A stretch of 63,352 nucleotides of DNA, the filler included. It is 11 parts of 11 records of this genome, joined end to end, with 100 filler letters (N's around TTAATTAATTAA, not from the genome) between each part and the next. Parts side by side here need not be neighbours in the genome. Positions count along the whole stretch, not along the records: positions 24,062 to 30,553 come from SRR7504441_1314; positions 30,654 to 34,819 come from SRR7504441_1316; positions 34,920 to 40,657 come from SRR7504441_1324; 8 more parts are not named here. The stretch is one strand, 5' to 3'. The notes beneath the pieces are model-generated. The model saw only the letters and a program-made list of their open reading frames with translations, was not told where the DNA came from and ran no database searches. A program made the translations under genes and the position numbers. Positions 24,609 to 35,466 of the stretch are shown here, in pieces. Every line of letters starts with the position of its first letter. Position 1 is the first letter of the stretch.

Positions 24609-24918
24609 CACTCAACCGCCCGGCACCAGCGTCCGCCAATGTGAGCGACGATGTCAGCATAGATCTAGCTATACCTGTAGCATCGGATGTGTATCTATTA
24701 CACGTTTGTTCTGTGAGCAGTTGGTGGACCTCGCCAGCCCGGGCATTCACCGCAGGTCGCCCACGAACGAGTTCGAATTACAAAACCATCAACATACGCG
24801 TATCGAAACACGTCGAAACAAAATTTATGTACGAGTAGCTAACTCTCGAACAACCATGGTTATTCTCCGTCCGTTGAGTGAAACACTTTCTTTGGTCCAT
24901 CCACCGTCCGTTGGTTGA

Positions 24919-24953
24919 TTAGGGTTCGGCCTTAGCTTTAGGGTTCGGCCTTA
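24919..24953. repeat. 16-nt direct repeat with a telomere-like core
   Basis: TTAGGGTTCGGCCTTA at 24919-24934 and 24938-24953. Confidence 0.8.
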
Positions 24954-24975
24954 TTACCGTAGCTTTACAGGAGCC

Positions 24976-27713
24976 ATGATCAGGATCAATCACTCAAGTG
25001 GCAAGCAAGCTCGAGCCTCAGGCGAGGCGATGGGTGAGACGGCGGCGCCTTGGGCGATCCTGAAACCGGACTGCATGGAGCCCTGGGTCGGGCTGCACTG
25101 GTGGCGGGCGGACGGACACGTCGTGGACACCTGGCGGGTCGGGCCGGACGGCTCAATCGAGGGCGCGGGAGAGCAGCTGCAGCGCCGGCGGGACATTGTA
25201 GGCCGCTGGGACCCGGCGGACGGCTCGGTCCGGCTGTGCGTGACGGAGCTTGGGGGGGCGGTCGAGAGCTGCACCGAGTACGCCGGCCATTTCGAGGGCG
25301 AGGAGATGCACCAGATCAGCGCGTCCACCGGCTCGTGCGAAGCGCAGCCGTCGGTCTGGTGCCGGCTCACTCGCCAGCGGGTGTTTGGCACTCCGGGCGA
25401 GTTTGAGCCGTGCGAGCTGGGCTTGAAGTTGCACACGGAGGCGGACGAGCGGCAGGAGCGAGTGCAGGCCCTCCAGGGCAAGCTGGAGCACTGCAAGGCT
25501 CGGCTGGTTAGCTTGGAACCGCGCTGGCGCGAGCGGCAGGCGCACTTCTTCCGGACGATGGAAGAGGGGATGGGCCGGTGGCTGCCCAGAGTGGCTGGGC
25601 CGGTCCAGCAGCCGGAGCGGCCGGGGAGTGAGCTATGGGAGGATGGGAGTGGCTGGCAGCAGCTGGTTCAGGCCTGGGCGCGTGCGGCGAATGCCGCGAA
25701 CGCGATCCAGGTGGTGGCGCGGGGCTGGATGGCCCGGCGCAGGCTGCGGGAGCTGCGGATGGCCTGGGCTGAGATGGCCCCTATTTCCATGGGCTGGCTG
25801 GCTAAGGAGGAACTGCCATTCACCCAAGAAGCGGAAACTCCACGCAACAGCACTCAATGGCCGGATATGGCGGCATGCCTGGCCCAGTACAGCCTGTACA
25901 GCTACACTGACTATGTGGCCCTGGTGGTGCGGCATCAGGGCCAGTTTGACAAGGCCCATGATCAGATAGAAAAGGACCTCGGAGCTGTGGAGAACGCTGC
26001 CTCGCCCCAGGGCAGGACGACAGTGTGTGGCCAGGCAGGCGGCGCCACTCTGTTCGTCGGCGCCGGCGAGTGGCGGGAGCGCTCGCGAAGGGTGCTGCTC
26101 GCGTTCGTCCGGCGGGCGCCGCAGGAAGGCTATTGCCAAGGGACTAACTTTGTTGTTGCCTCTTTGCTCATGGCTCACTGCATGGACGAGGAGGCTGTAT
26201 TTTGGAGCTTATGTGGGCTAGCCGAAGGGCCTCTCCGGGGATTCTGGAGCCCGACGCTTGGAGGGGCGATCGATTATGCCGAGCAACTCTCGAGGGGGAG
26301 CGATAGGTGGTTGGATGGGCTTTCTGAGTACTGTGCTGGCTGCGGAATGGAGCTTGGGTACATGGTGATGGATTGGGGCCAGACAATCTTGAGCAAGTAC
26401 ATACCCCCGGGGAAGGTCAAGTGGCTAGTCAGTCAGGTGCTCACGAGCGGGCCCCAAGCGCTGCTAGCGATCAGCCTGCACTGCCTCTCTCTTGTGCGGC
26501 AGGAGATCTCTCCGGGGCACACTGGTATGGATGATTTGATGTGGATTAAGGCGAGTCCCCAGCCTCCCGGGGCACGCTGACCGCAATTACAGGCTACCGC
26601 GATGTCGCCGCTCTCATCGGAGACTTTGAAAGAGATTTGGGAGACTTCGGCGTCGAATGTGGAAGAGGAGCTGGAGATTGCACTTGAGCAGCCGATCTCG
26701 GTCGACGAGCCAGTAGCCATCCAAACGCTCGCTCGCATGGTCTTCTCCAGGTACCCACGGGTGGTGCGGGCCTGAGCCGCTCGCAGGGACGGCCTGCTAC
26801 CCCGCTTGCCGCTGAATCCCAAAGCTTTCAAATCGAAGTTTGCTCAAGCGGCTCAGATAGGCGGCTCGCACCTTCTCGCCCTGGTCACGGTGGCGCCCCG
26901 GAGCAGGCAAGGCTGACATGGTGTCAGGAGGACGCACACTGGTGCGAACAAGAGCCCCTATTTCGGCCTGTGCCGCCAAGCTTTCCTCTGGAGGATTTGG
27001 GCGACGAGCAGATCGGGCCGGAGTTTGGAGAGTTTGCACCAGCCACTGAGCAAGCTAACAGACCAACCCCGAAACCTATGCACGCCTTCACAGCCACACT
27101 GCACGACAACGCCGGTGTGACCATGGCTGCCCGTGTGCAGTGCTCGCTGGCGGTGCCGGCAATGGCAGCGTTCCTGGTGCTGCGGGCAGCGAGCGACGCC
27201 AAGACAGGAGCAATAACCGCCCCGTGCTGGATGTCCAAGGTAACACAGCGGATTGGGTCTCTGGACGATGACAGCCAAGAGCCTTGGTGGGCACTTCGCG
27301 TGGTCAACGTCTCGATGCAACTCAAGCTTTTCGCCGAGTTTGGGAAACTGGACTTTTGTTGCGCTGAGTTTGGGGGTACGCTCCATGATGAGCAGGGCGG
27401 GGCGCACCATGTGCTGGCTTACCGAAGTGTGATGCATTGGCTCTGCAGAAGCAAGCGCGGGGTGGCGAGGTGCACACTTCGGTGCGGTGGCTGGGACGTG
27501 CGTCCCAATGGGGATGACTCGTGCACAGTGGCGTTTGTACTAGTAATGGAGCCGGTCAAAGGCCTTGGCCCGCTGCCGGAGCTGCAGGCGGCGCTTGTCG
27601 AGGCCATGGGTCAGGCGATGCATGCGGTGTGCTCTGAGGCCGAAAGACATGTGAACGACACCGGTACCATGGGCAACGCAAACAACACCCAGCTGATCAC
27701 TGGGCCTCCGTAG
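24976..27713 (+). CDS. TBC (Rab-GAP) protein with an IQ motif and a C-terminal START-like domain
   Basis: AANAIQVVARGWMARRR; IEKDL, RRVLLAF, GYCQGTNFVV, EEAVFW; joined through three introns (first GC-AG 26551-26592) to ..HHVLAYRSVMH..RGVAR..GGWDVRP..CTVAFV. Confidence 0.75.
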
Positions 27714-28414
27714 GGCCTCCGCCGCGAGTGAATCTAGTGATCATGAAGTATTGTACAATCATGTGCCATGGATCATTGCATTGGTAAGCTCGATGAAATT
27801 GCATTGTATTGTGCGGGTGTACAGTAAAGTTACAGTACACTAAGTGTGCACTAAGTAAGTGTTCATACGTACTCGTACTCGAACAGTTCTACTCTGTGCA
27901 TGAGTACGTACTATGAGTACGAGTACTCGTAGTTCGTACGAGTAAGTATGATCGTGCGCCGTTTTTCACACATTTGCTACACATGTGCATCGGTTGATTA
28001 TGCTCGCTTCTTCCAGTTCGGGAGGTGTACCGCGCGATTGATTCAGATCACCTAGCCGCGCGTAGTTGTGGTGTTGGTTTTATTTGTAAAGACTTCGAGC
28101 CTTCTCATATTGATGTACAACTAAGGTTCCTATGCTTGGACTACCTACGCTATCAGACCTAGACACCACACTGGCTGTGCAGCATGTACTGCTCCCCCTG
28201 CGCTGCCAACAACTGCTCGCAGAGCCATTGCAGGCGGCATGATGAACCGCAGTGCCACACATCCATTATGGGGAGCCCGGCTGAGCTTACCGACCACTCG
28301 GCACGGCCTCCCTCCAGCTGTCGATCAGCTGTCTTAAACCTATCTTTACGACGAAAAGCGCCTCCCCCGTCCCCGTTGCCCCAGCAACCTCCGCGCGCGG
28401 CGGGCTGTGGCCGG

Positions 28415-28597
28415 TTACTTCTGGTAAGGGGCCCCCAGCGGGTTGCGACCATACCCAGCCTTGCAGTGGGCCGGCAGGAACTGGCCGTTCTGCACTCCGG
28501 GGGCTAGCGCGTGGTTCTTGACCACCGGGTCCACAGCCACCGGCGGCGAGTAGTGCATCACCGTCCGCTTCTTGGCCGAGCTCTTCTGCGATGGCAT
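28415..28597 (-). CDS. Small hypothetical protein (about 60 aa)
   Basis: MPSQKSSAKKRTVMHY..GYGRNPLGAPYQK*, divergent from the next gene across a YAACGG-containing spacer. Confidence 0.45.
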   Translation of the reverse strand: MPSQKSSAKKRTVMHYSPPVAVDPVVKNHALAPGVQNGQFLPAHCKAGYGRNPLGAPYQK

Positions 28598-28643
28598 GGT
28601 GCCTGGCGCTAAGTTGGTAAAGTCCGTTATGGAGTTCCGTTGA

Positions 28644-29069
28644 ATGCCGCGAGTGAGCTTTGGTGAGGAGGCTCCGCCCGCTCCGGTCCGTCCGGCGCAG
28701 CTGGACGCCGGGCTGCTCAAGGCGGGGCACCGTTACCTCTGCCGGCTGCCGGGGCTGCCGGGCAGCGACTGGGCGCTATCGGAGGCCGAGGCGGGTCCAC
28801 TGGAGGTGGAGCCTGCGGCCGGGGGAGGACTGCTGCTGCTCTGCCGGGCGCCCGGCCAGCAGCGCTGCCGGTGCACGTTCACGCAGGGCGGGAGCGGCCG
28901 GCAAGTCGAGCTCGAGCTGACTGCCCGCGGGATGCGGCCAGAATCGGGCACCCCTTCGCTAAAGGCTGGGGTGGAGTGCGTCGGGCGGGTCGCAAACAGC
29001 GACGACAGCGACGACAGCGATGGAGAGTGGACTAGAGAATGTAGAACAGTCTATCCGACTGATCATTGA
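28644..29069 (+). CDS. C20orf27/ADISSP (UPF0687, DUF4517) homologue
   Basis: AGLLKAGHRY and LELTARGMRPESGTPSLKAGVECVG..DSD..W match the family pattern GFLK..HRY / ARVM..GTP.L..GVKCVG; N-terminal RVSF. Confidence 0.7.
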   Translation: MPRVSFGEEAPPAPVRPAQLDAGLLKAGHRYLCRLPGLPGSDWALSEAEAGPLEVEPAAGGGLLLLCRAPGQQRCRCTFTQGGSGRQVELELTARGMRPESGTPSLKAGVECVGRVANSDDSDDSDGEWTRECRTVYPTDH

Positions 29070-29177
29070 TTCGATGCATACTCTTCTCAAGTCTACTCGT
29101 ACGGCGCATTTTATCGAGGCAACTGATTCAGTACTTACTGTATTATTACCGTGCCAAGGCCGGCCGTACATACTAGG

Positions 29178-30282
29178 TCAGTGGTCAGATTTGGCGTTGG
29201 TGAACCGATTCTTTCCGATCGATGTAATATCCGGGATCTTGTCTCTCAGCCCGTCTGGCTCCGGGACCTCAGGCTCATTAGGCTCGTCATACTCGTACAT
29301 GTCCTCGGCCACGATCATGCTGTGCTTGTACATATGCTCAGCCGCGACCATCGAATGCTTGTACATTCGGGGAAACCTATTCACGAGCTCCATCAACGCC
29401 GCGCTGTCCATCACCGGCCGATCCACCAACGGCGACCAGCCGGGATCGGCCATCTCTGGCAGCCACGGCGTGGCCAGCTGTCGCCAGCCAAACTGCGGCT
29501 CTATCTCGCCCGATTCGGGATTCTGCCGTGTGTACCGAAGCACCGACCCGTTCTCTATCCGTTCGTCTCGCCTGGCCTCGCGGGCCATGTCCATATACGC
29601 CACCTGATTCAACCGTTCAAATCGGATCCGAAATGCCCACATCAACTCGCCATGGCAGACGAGTAGCACTCGCTTGCCGGGGAGCCGCTGGTGCAGGTAG
29701 TTGAGCATCAGATCCACTCGCTGCAGCACTTGGGCCATGCTCTCCCCCCTGCCCGCGGCCTCAGCCCCAGGGCTACCGCCGGGCGCACCCGGGCGGCGAA
29801 AAGTAGAACCCGTGCCGTTTCCGGCGGGCCTCCTCCGACTTGTACAGGCGGCGGCGCTCGGCCTGCGAGGCCAGATCCCACCGGCCCCAGTCCCTCTCGC
29901 GCAGATGGGTCTCGATCCGCCACTGGGCGGCGGGCAGTCCCATCAGCGAGGCGGTCTCCATAGCTCGGATGTATTCGCTCGAGAAGAACGCGTCTGGGTC
30001 CAGCCCCTTCTCTTGCACCCACGCCCCCGCCTGGACCGCCTGCTCCTTGCCCTTCTCTGTCAGCCGCCACAGGCTCGAGTGCCGCTGCAGGAACTGGCCG
30101 CTGTAGAGTGAGTGGTCGCCTTCGATCGAACGGCGGTAGGCGATGTTGCCCTCAGACTCGCCGTGCCGCACCAGCACCAGCTCGAGAACCTGCGACGGAC
30201 GCCCGCTGTGCCCCGCCCGGGCCCAGCCACGAGCGACAGTTGCCGCCCGGACACGGCTCGCTGGGCGTGTCAGCCACAGCAT
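29178..30282 (-). CDS. Histidine phosphatase (phosphoglycerate mutase-like)
   Basis: LVLVRHGESEGN, SSEYIRAMETA, LRERDWG, PPG/GESMA (intron), LLVCHGE; C-terminal 11-aa tandem MYKHSMVAAEH/MYKHSMIVAED. Confidence 0.9.
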
Positions 30283-30659
30283 GTTCCCCTTCCAGTCGGC
30301 GGGGTGATCACAAAAGTCCGTTGTTGGGCCATGTCCTCACTGTGCGGGCCTAGGCTGAGGGTAGCCGCCCAGCTGACCCCGCCGCTGTGCGGGTGCATCG
30401 TGGTGATCTACGGGTACTTAGCCTCGCGGCACCCGGGGATGGCCCACCCCGGGCACGATTGCGAGGCCCGGCCCGAGCCGGCCTGCTGCGCCATCCGGCC
30501 GAGTGGTCAGTGGTCCCAGGCACCCGGCGGGCAGCTAGAGTGGGCCGGGCCGGNNNNNNNNNNNNNNNNNNNNNNNNNNNNNNNNNNNNNNNNNNNNTTA
30601 ATTAATTAANNNNNNNNNNNNNNNNNNNNNNNNNNNNNNNNNNNNNNNNNNNNGCAGGG

Positions 30660-33600
30660 ATGCGACGGCTGCGGCGCTGGTGGCGGGGCGAGCCCGGAGC
30701 CGCGCCAGCCCCAAAGGAGAAGCTGAAGCAGGTCCCGCTGTACCAGCCCGACTGGTTCCCCGCCCAGCCTGCGCCGGCTGACCGCCATGCCGCAGCTCCG
30801 ACGTGCCATCGCTCCACGCGCTAGTCAGCGCCCAGGCCCAGCGCACTCCGGACAGCTGCGCGCTGGTGCACGCCCCGGAGCCGGCTGCCCAGATGCTCCC
30901 GGTGTCGTACGCGGAGCTGGAGGTCCAGTCCAACCTGCTGGCCCAGCACCTGCTCGCCCTTGAGTGCGCCCAGCCCGGCGAACCGATCGGGATCTGCTTG
31001 CCGCGCTCTTTCCTCTCCACTGTAGCGATCCTAGCCGTGATGAAGGCGCCGCTGAGGTCTGTGTGGCTGGCTGACTCTGCTGGGGGCAGCTGGCCTGTCT
31101 GTATGTGCCGTTGGACCCTAGCTACCCAGCGGGCTACAAGCGGCTCATCGTCTCAGTGGCCCAGCTTCGGCTGCTGGTCACTGCCAGTTTTGTGTGGCAA
31201 ACAGAGAGCTGGATGCAGGCACGCTGACCAGTCGGACGCGGCGGCTGAGCCGGTCGCAGGAGTTTGATATTCAGGCATTCATGGCAGATGCTGACGGTGT
31301 CTTGCTCCCACCCGATGGCCAGTACAAGCAAGGGGTCACGATTCGAGGCTCGGCGCTGGCGGTAGCCAACACGGTCACCCAGGCGTTCGAGTGCTACGTG
31401 CTCTTCACCTCGGGGAGCACTGGGCAGCCTAAAGGTCGGTGCTCGCTCTGTTTTGAGAGGAGACCTCAGCCTCAGGTGTGAGGGGCACGCACAGAGGGGC
31501 GCTCAACAGGATTAATTGGATGCTCGAATTCATCCCTTTCGTCGAGGGCGAAGTGTGCTCCCCTGACAGGCCTGCTCTAGTCGCCGGCAGGTTGGCTGCC
31601 ACAAGACTTCTCTCAACTTTGTGGACCACATCTGGGAGCTTTTTGGCCCTCTTGCAGTCGGAGTGCCAGTGGTGCTGCTCGACCAAGAGTCGAGCCGCTC
31701 GCTCACCCGCACAGTGCAGGCAGCCGACCGCGCTCTGCCGGCTGAGGGCTGGCCAGTTGCTCCGCACAATGCGGGTCTCGCGGCTCGTGATGGTGCCTTC
31801 GCTGATCCGGGCGATGCTCCAGTTGCACAGGGACCTGGCCAGCCAACTTCCCCAGCTCCGGTAGTCAAATGCCGGGCAGCCGCTGACTGTGAGTCGACAG
31901 GCACTTGAGCAGCAGCGGGGAGCCACTGCCTCGTGATTTGGCTGGAGCGCTGCAGGCCGCTGCACCAGAGCTCTTGCTGCTCAACCTTTATGGCAGCACA
32001 GAGGCGATCGGCCTGTCGGTGGGCAGGCTGACTGCAGGTGCAGGTGGCGGGGGACGTGACTTGTGGCGTTTACTCCTGGCTGGGCGAGTGTCACACAATT
32101 CGAGCCGACGGCGAGAAGGAGCAGATATGGCCAGCCACAGTGTCCATCGGGCAGCAGATCTATGGATGCGAGGCGCGACCTGGTTGTTAGCGCCCGCGTA
32201 AGGGCGGGGTAGGTACTTTTAATCAACGAGCAGATGGAGGAGATCTTCCAGGTTGGGGTGACTGGCGAGATTTGGGTGATCGGCAAGCAGAACTCACCTG
32301 GGTGGTCGGACATGTGAATGCACTCAAATCGCGGGGCAGGTACTACCGCAATATCGAGGCAACTCGGGCTGCATTTCAGCCGATCAAGGCCGCGGCCAAC
32401 CAGATGGGGTTCCGGACTGGCGATTTGGGGTGGTATGACTTGGGTAAAAACCTTCATTTTGCCGGGCGAAGAGATTGCCAGGAGCGATTGTCGCTGTGTA
32501 CACTCTGACAAGTGTGGGTGCAGGTGCAGTTGAATGGATTGAGGGTTGAGCTGCCAGAGATAGAGGTGGCGCTTCGGTCCCTTGAGATGGCGCGGGACGG
32601 TGCAGCGGCGCTGATTCAGAGCAGCGAGTGGAACTCTTGCCTGGCGGTGCTGGTGGTGTGCGAGCCGACTGCACAGCAGCGCGGCCAATGCGCCTCCAGG
32701 CAGCAGGCAGTAGCTGCAAACTTCAGCAGTCTGCCAGAAGAGGACCAGCACGACACCTGGCAGAATACATGCAGCGGATCGCAACAGTATTTGTCGGAGG
32801 GCGAGCTGAAACCAGATGCTGACATAGCAGAGGAGGTCGCGACTTGCCCAGCGGAGCCTGAGGAAGATGAATCGAATCGGTTGTTTGAGAAATCTGTCAA
32901 GCAGGCACTTGCCACAATGCTGCCCAAGCCTATGGTTCCTGCTCATGTTTTCGTTGTGTCAGCACTTCCTTTCACACCAAATGGCAAACTCGACCGCAAC
33001 GCTGTCTGTGCAGAGGCTGCAAAGCTTTTCCATGGGGAACAGTCCTACGCTTTGGCAGAGCTTCCGGCCACAGAGCTTCCGCTGACCGATACCGAGACGC
33101 AGCTGACTGAAATATGGACTCAAGTGCTGCAGATTGACCGTGTCCCAGCCACGGCCAACTTCTTCAGCCTTGGAGGCAACTCGATCTTAGCGCTGCAGAT
33201 GAGTGCTGAGATTGCGGCCAAGCTCGGCAAACCCGTCGAACTGGCCGAGATCTTCCAGTGTGGTACGGTCCGTGAACTGGCTGACATGATTGACCAAGAG
33301 GCCCGCACCATGAAACGATTCCAGCCAATCATGTGCCTGCACGAGACCCAGTCCACGCATCCGCCCCTCTTCATCGCGCCACCAGCTGGAGGCTTGGCGT
33401 TTCCAATGGTGCACCTAGTCAAGTCTCTTGCATCGGAGTGGGACAGCAGCCAGGATCGATCTGTATTTGTGTTTCAGGACCCAGCGCTGGATCAGGACAA
33501 GCCGCTTTCTGACACTCTGGTGGAGCTGGCCGACACACTATTGGACGAGTTATTCCGTGTTCAGCCTACTGGCCCATACTACCTCGCTGGCTGGTCGATG

Positions 33601-34748
33601 GGCGGACTGCTGGCATATGAGATGGCCTGCCAACTAGCTGAGAGCGGCCGGGCTGCGGAGGTTGGTCTGTTAATGTTGTTCGATCCACCAATTCCAGAGA
33701 GTTCGAGCAAATTGGGCACGGTTAGGTTCTGGAAAGGAGTTCTAGGGGATGTCAAGGACCTGCAGGACGGGCTGCACCTGCTACAGAAAGCGGAAGAGCA
33801 TGATGGCAAGCGTGGTCTGGTCCGTCGAGTTTTTGGGCTGGTCAAGGGCTCAGAACAACTCAAGGGCACGGAGCTTGGGCAGGAAGCTGCCCCGCCCGCA
33901 ATGAGGCACATGGTTCGTGTACTGCACCACCACCACAAGCTGGAAGGCGAGTACGCCCCGAGGGTGTATGAAGGACCGGTGCACATTCTCCGGCCTGTCA
34001 AGCCATTCGAACAAGACCTACGGGACGCGAACTTCTGGAGCAAATTGGTACGATTCTCCCAGGTAAATCGGTGCAAGGGCGACCACATAACTATGATGCG
34101 CTCCGAAAATACGTCAGGCCTGGCCCGTACAGTTGCGCGGCTACTGAATTCAGTTCCGGCTGATATGGATCGGGTTGAAGGCGAGGTGTTGAATCCCACT
34201 GGAAAGCGGAGATTCAGCATTGGGGTGCAGGTGTGTGCGGTGGTGACTGGTCCGCCATGTGGGGGTCCGGCTGATCATGACCGTTGGGTAGCTTTGTGCG
34301 GCAGCTGAGAGTCAAAGCTAGGGTACAGGTCTGTACAACCTGCTCAACATGCACGGATGGCTGGGGCTGTGGCGGGGGCAAGCGGACATGGTATAATATT
34401 CGTGTGATGGTACACACCAAGGCCTCATCTAAGGAGCTCTGTTGGCAAGTCAAGCGGCGGTATTCCATGCCAGTGTTTAGTTGAGTGACAACCGTGGGTA
34501 GGTACAGCCACTTTTTGAGTCTGTGCCGGATAATGAAGGAAGAGATCGGCGATCAGCTCTCAGAGACTTTCACTTGGTTTCGACCCAAGTATTGGTATGG
34601 CAACAAGACAAAGAAGGTAGTCTCAGAGCGCCTCGAGCTAATCAACTCGTTCTTTCAAGCTCTCTACCCGGTGGAGTACTCCCATCCGGTGATGCAAGCT
34701 TTTTTATCGTTCCCCCACTCAGGGATAAGTCGAACGCGCCCATTATGA
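30660..34748 (+). CDS. Monomodular NRPS-like protein A-T-TE with a probable C-terminal PX domain (about 14 introns)
   Basis: YVPLDPSYP, YVLFTSGSTGQPKG, SGEPL, NLYGSTE, FRTGDL, GRRDCQVQLNGLRVEL, PFTPNGKLDR; carrier FFSLGGNSI (Ser at 33181); TE GPYYLAGWSMGG and GDHITM; PX WQVKRRYSHF..RPK..ERLELINSFF..HPVMQAFL. Confidence 0.9.
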
Positions 34749-35046
34749 CACGCTTGAAACGATTAAAATGCATGTGTGGAATTAGTGCGTAATTGGAATC
34801 ACTTTCCTTCTGAATATTTNNNNNNNNNNNNNNNNNNNNNNNNNNNNNNNNNNNNNNNNNNNNTTAATTAATTAANNNNNNNNNNNNNNNNNNNNNNNNN
34901 NNNNNNNNNNNNNNNNNNNGAAGCCGAGTCGGGCAAATACCTCGTAGATATCCATCCGGGCTCGAGCGCCGATAGACATCTACGAGCCCGTGTTCGTGTC
35001 AGTCGGGAGCATCTGGAGCCTGGTTACGATGTGGGAGGAGTATGGC

Positions 35047-35171
35047 ATCCTAGTAGTATCCTAGTAGTATAGCATGTCGAAGCCACTGCCGTGTGGGAGG
35101 ATCGTGCAGAAGCCGATACTGTCGCTGGCAAATGATTATTCTTTGCGCTAGCAAAATGATTATTCTTTGCG
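35047..35171. repeat. Short intergenic tandem duplications
   Basis: ATCCTAGTAGT twice (35047-35068); AAATGATTATTCTTTGCG at 35130 and 35154. Confidence 0.75.
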
Positions 35172-35466
35172 ATATGGAACTGCCGCAGAATAAAGATGCG
35201 GCGTTCGAGATCAAATGAAAATGAGAACACTACCGGCGATTTTTAAAAAATTACCTTGCTGAATGCGATGAAGGAGTGATAAAGAAGTATCGACTCCATC
35301 GATACAATCATGTACTATCGATATTGATGTACATGCTCGACGGAATGGCTAATCATAGATGTACTTGTTCTCGACTGTTCACGTATCAGTCTGTTGCCTG
35401 TCATCACGTCGTCAAGATCTAGTAGATTGTAAGCGGATTGACCAATACAGTGGAATGTAGTTCAAG

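Noticed and set aside
30331-30553. Possible gene start divergent from the histidine phosphatase
   Set aside because: Too short and truncated to support as a feature
30755-32523. Dense similar-sized introns as introner elements
   Set aside because: No shared sequence or terminal repeats visible between introns; an all-against-all comparison would settle it
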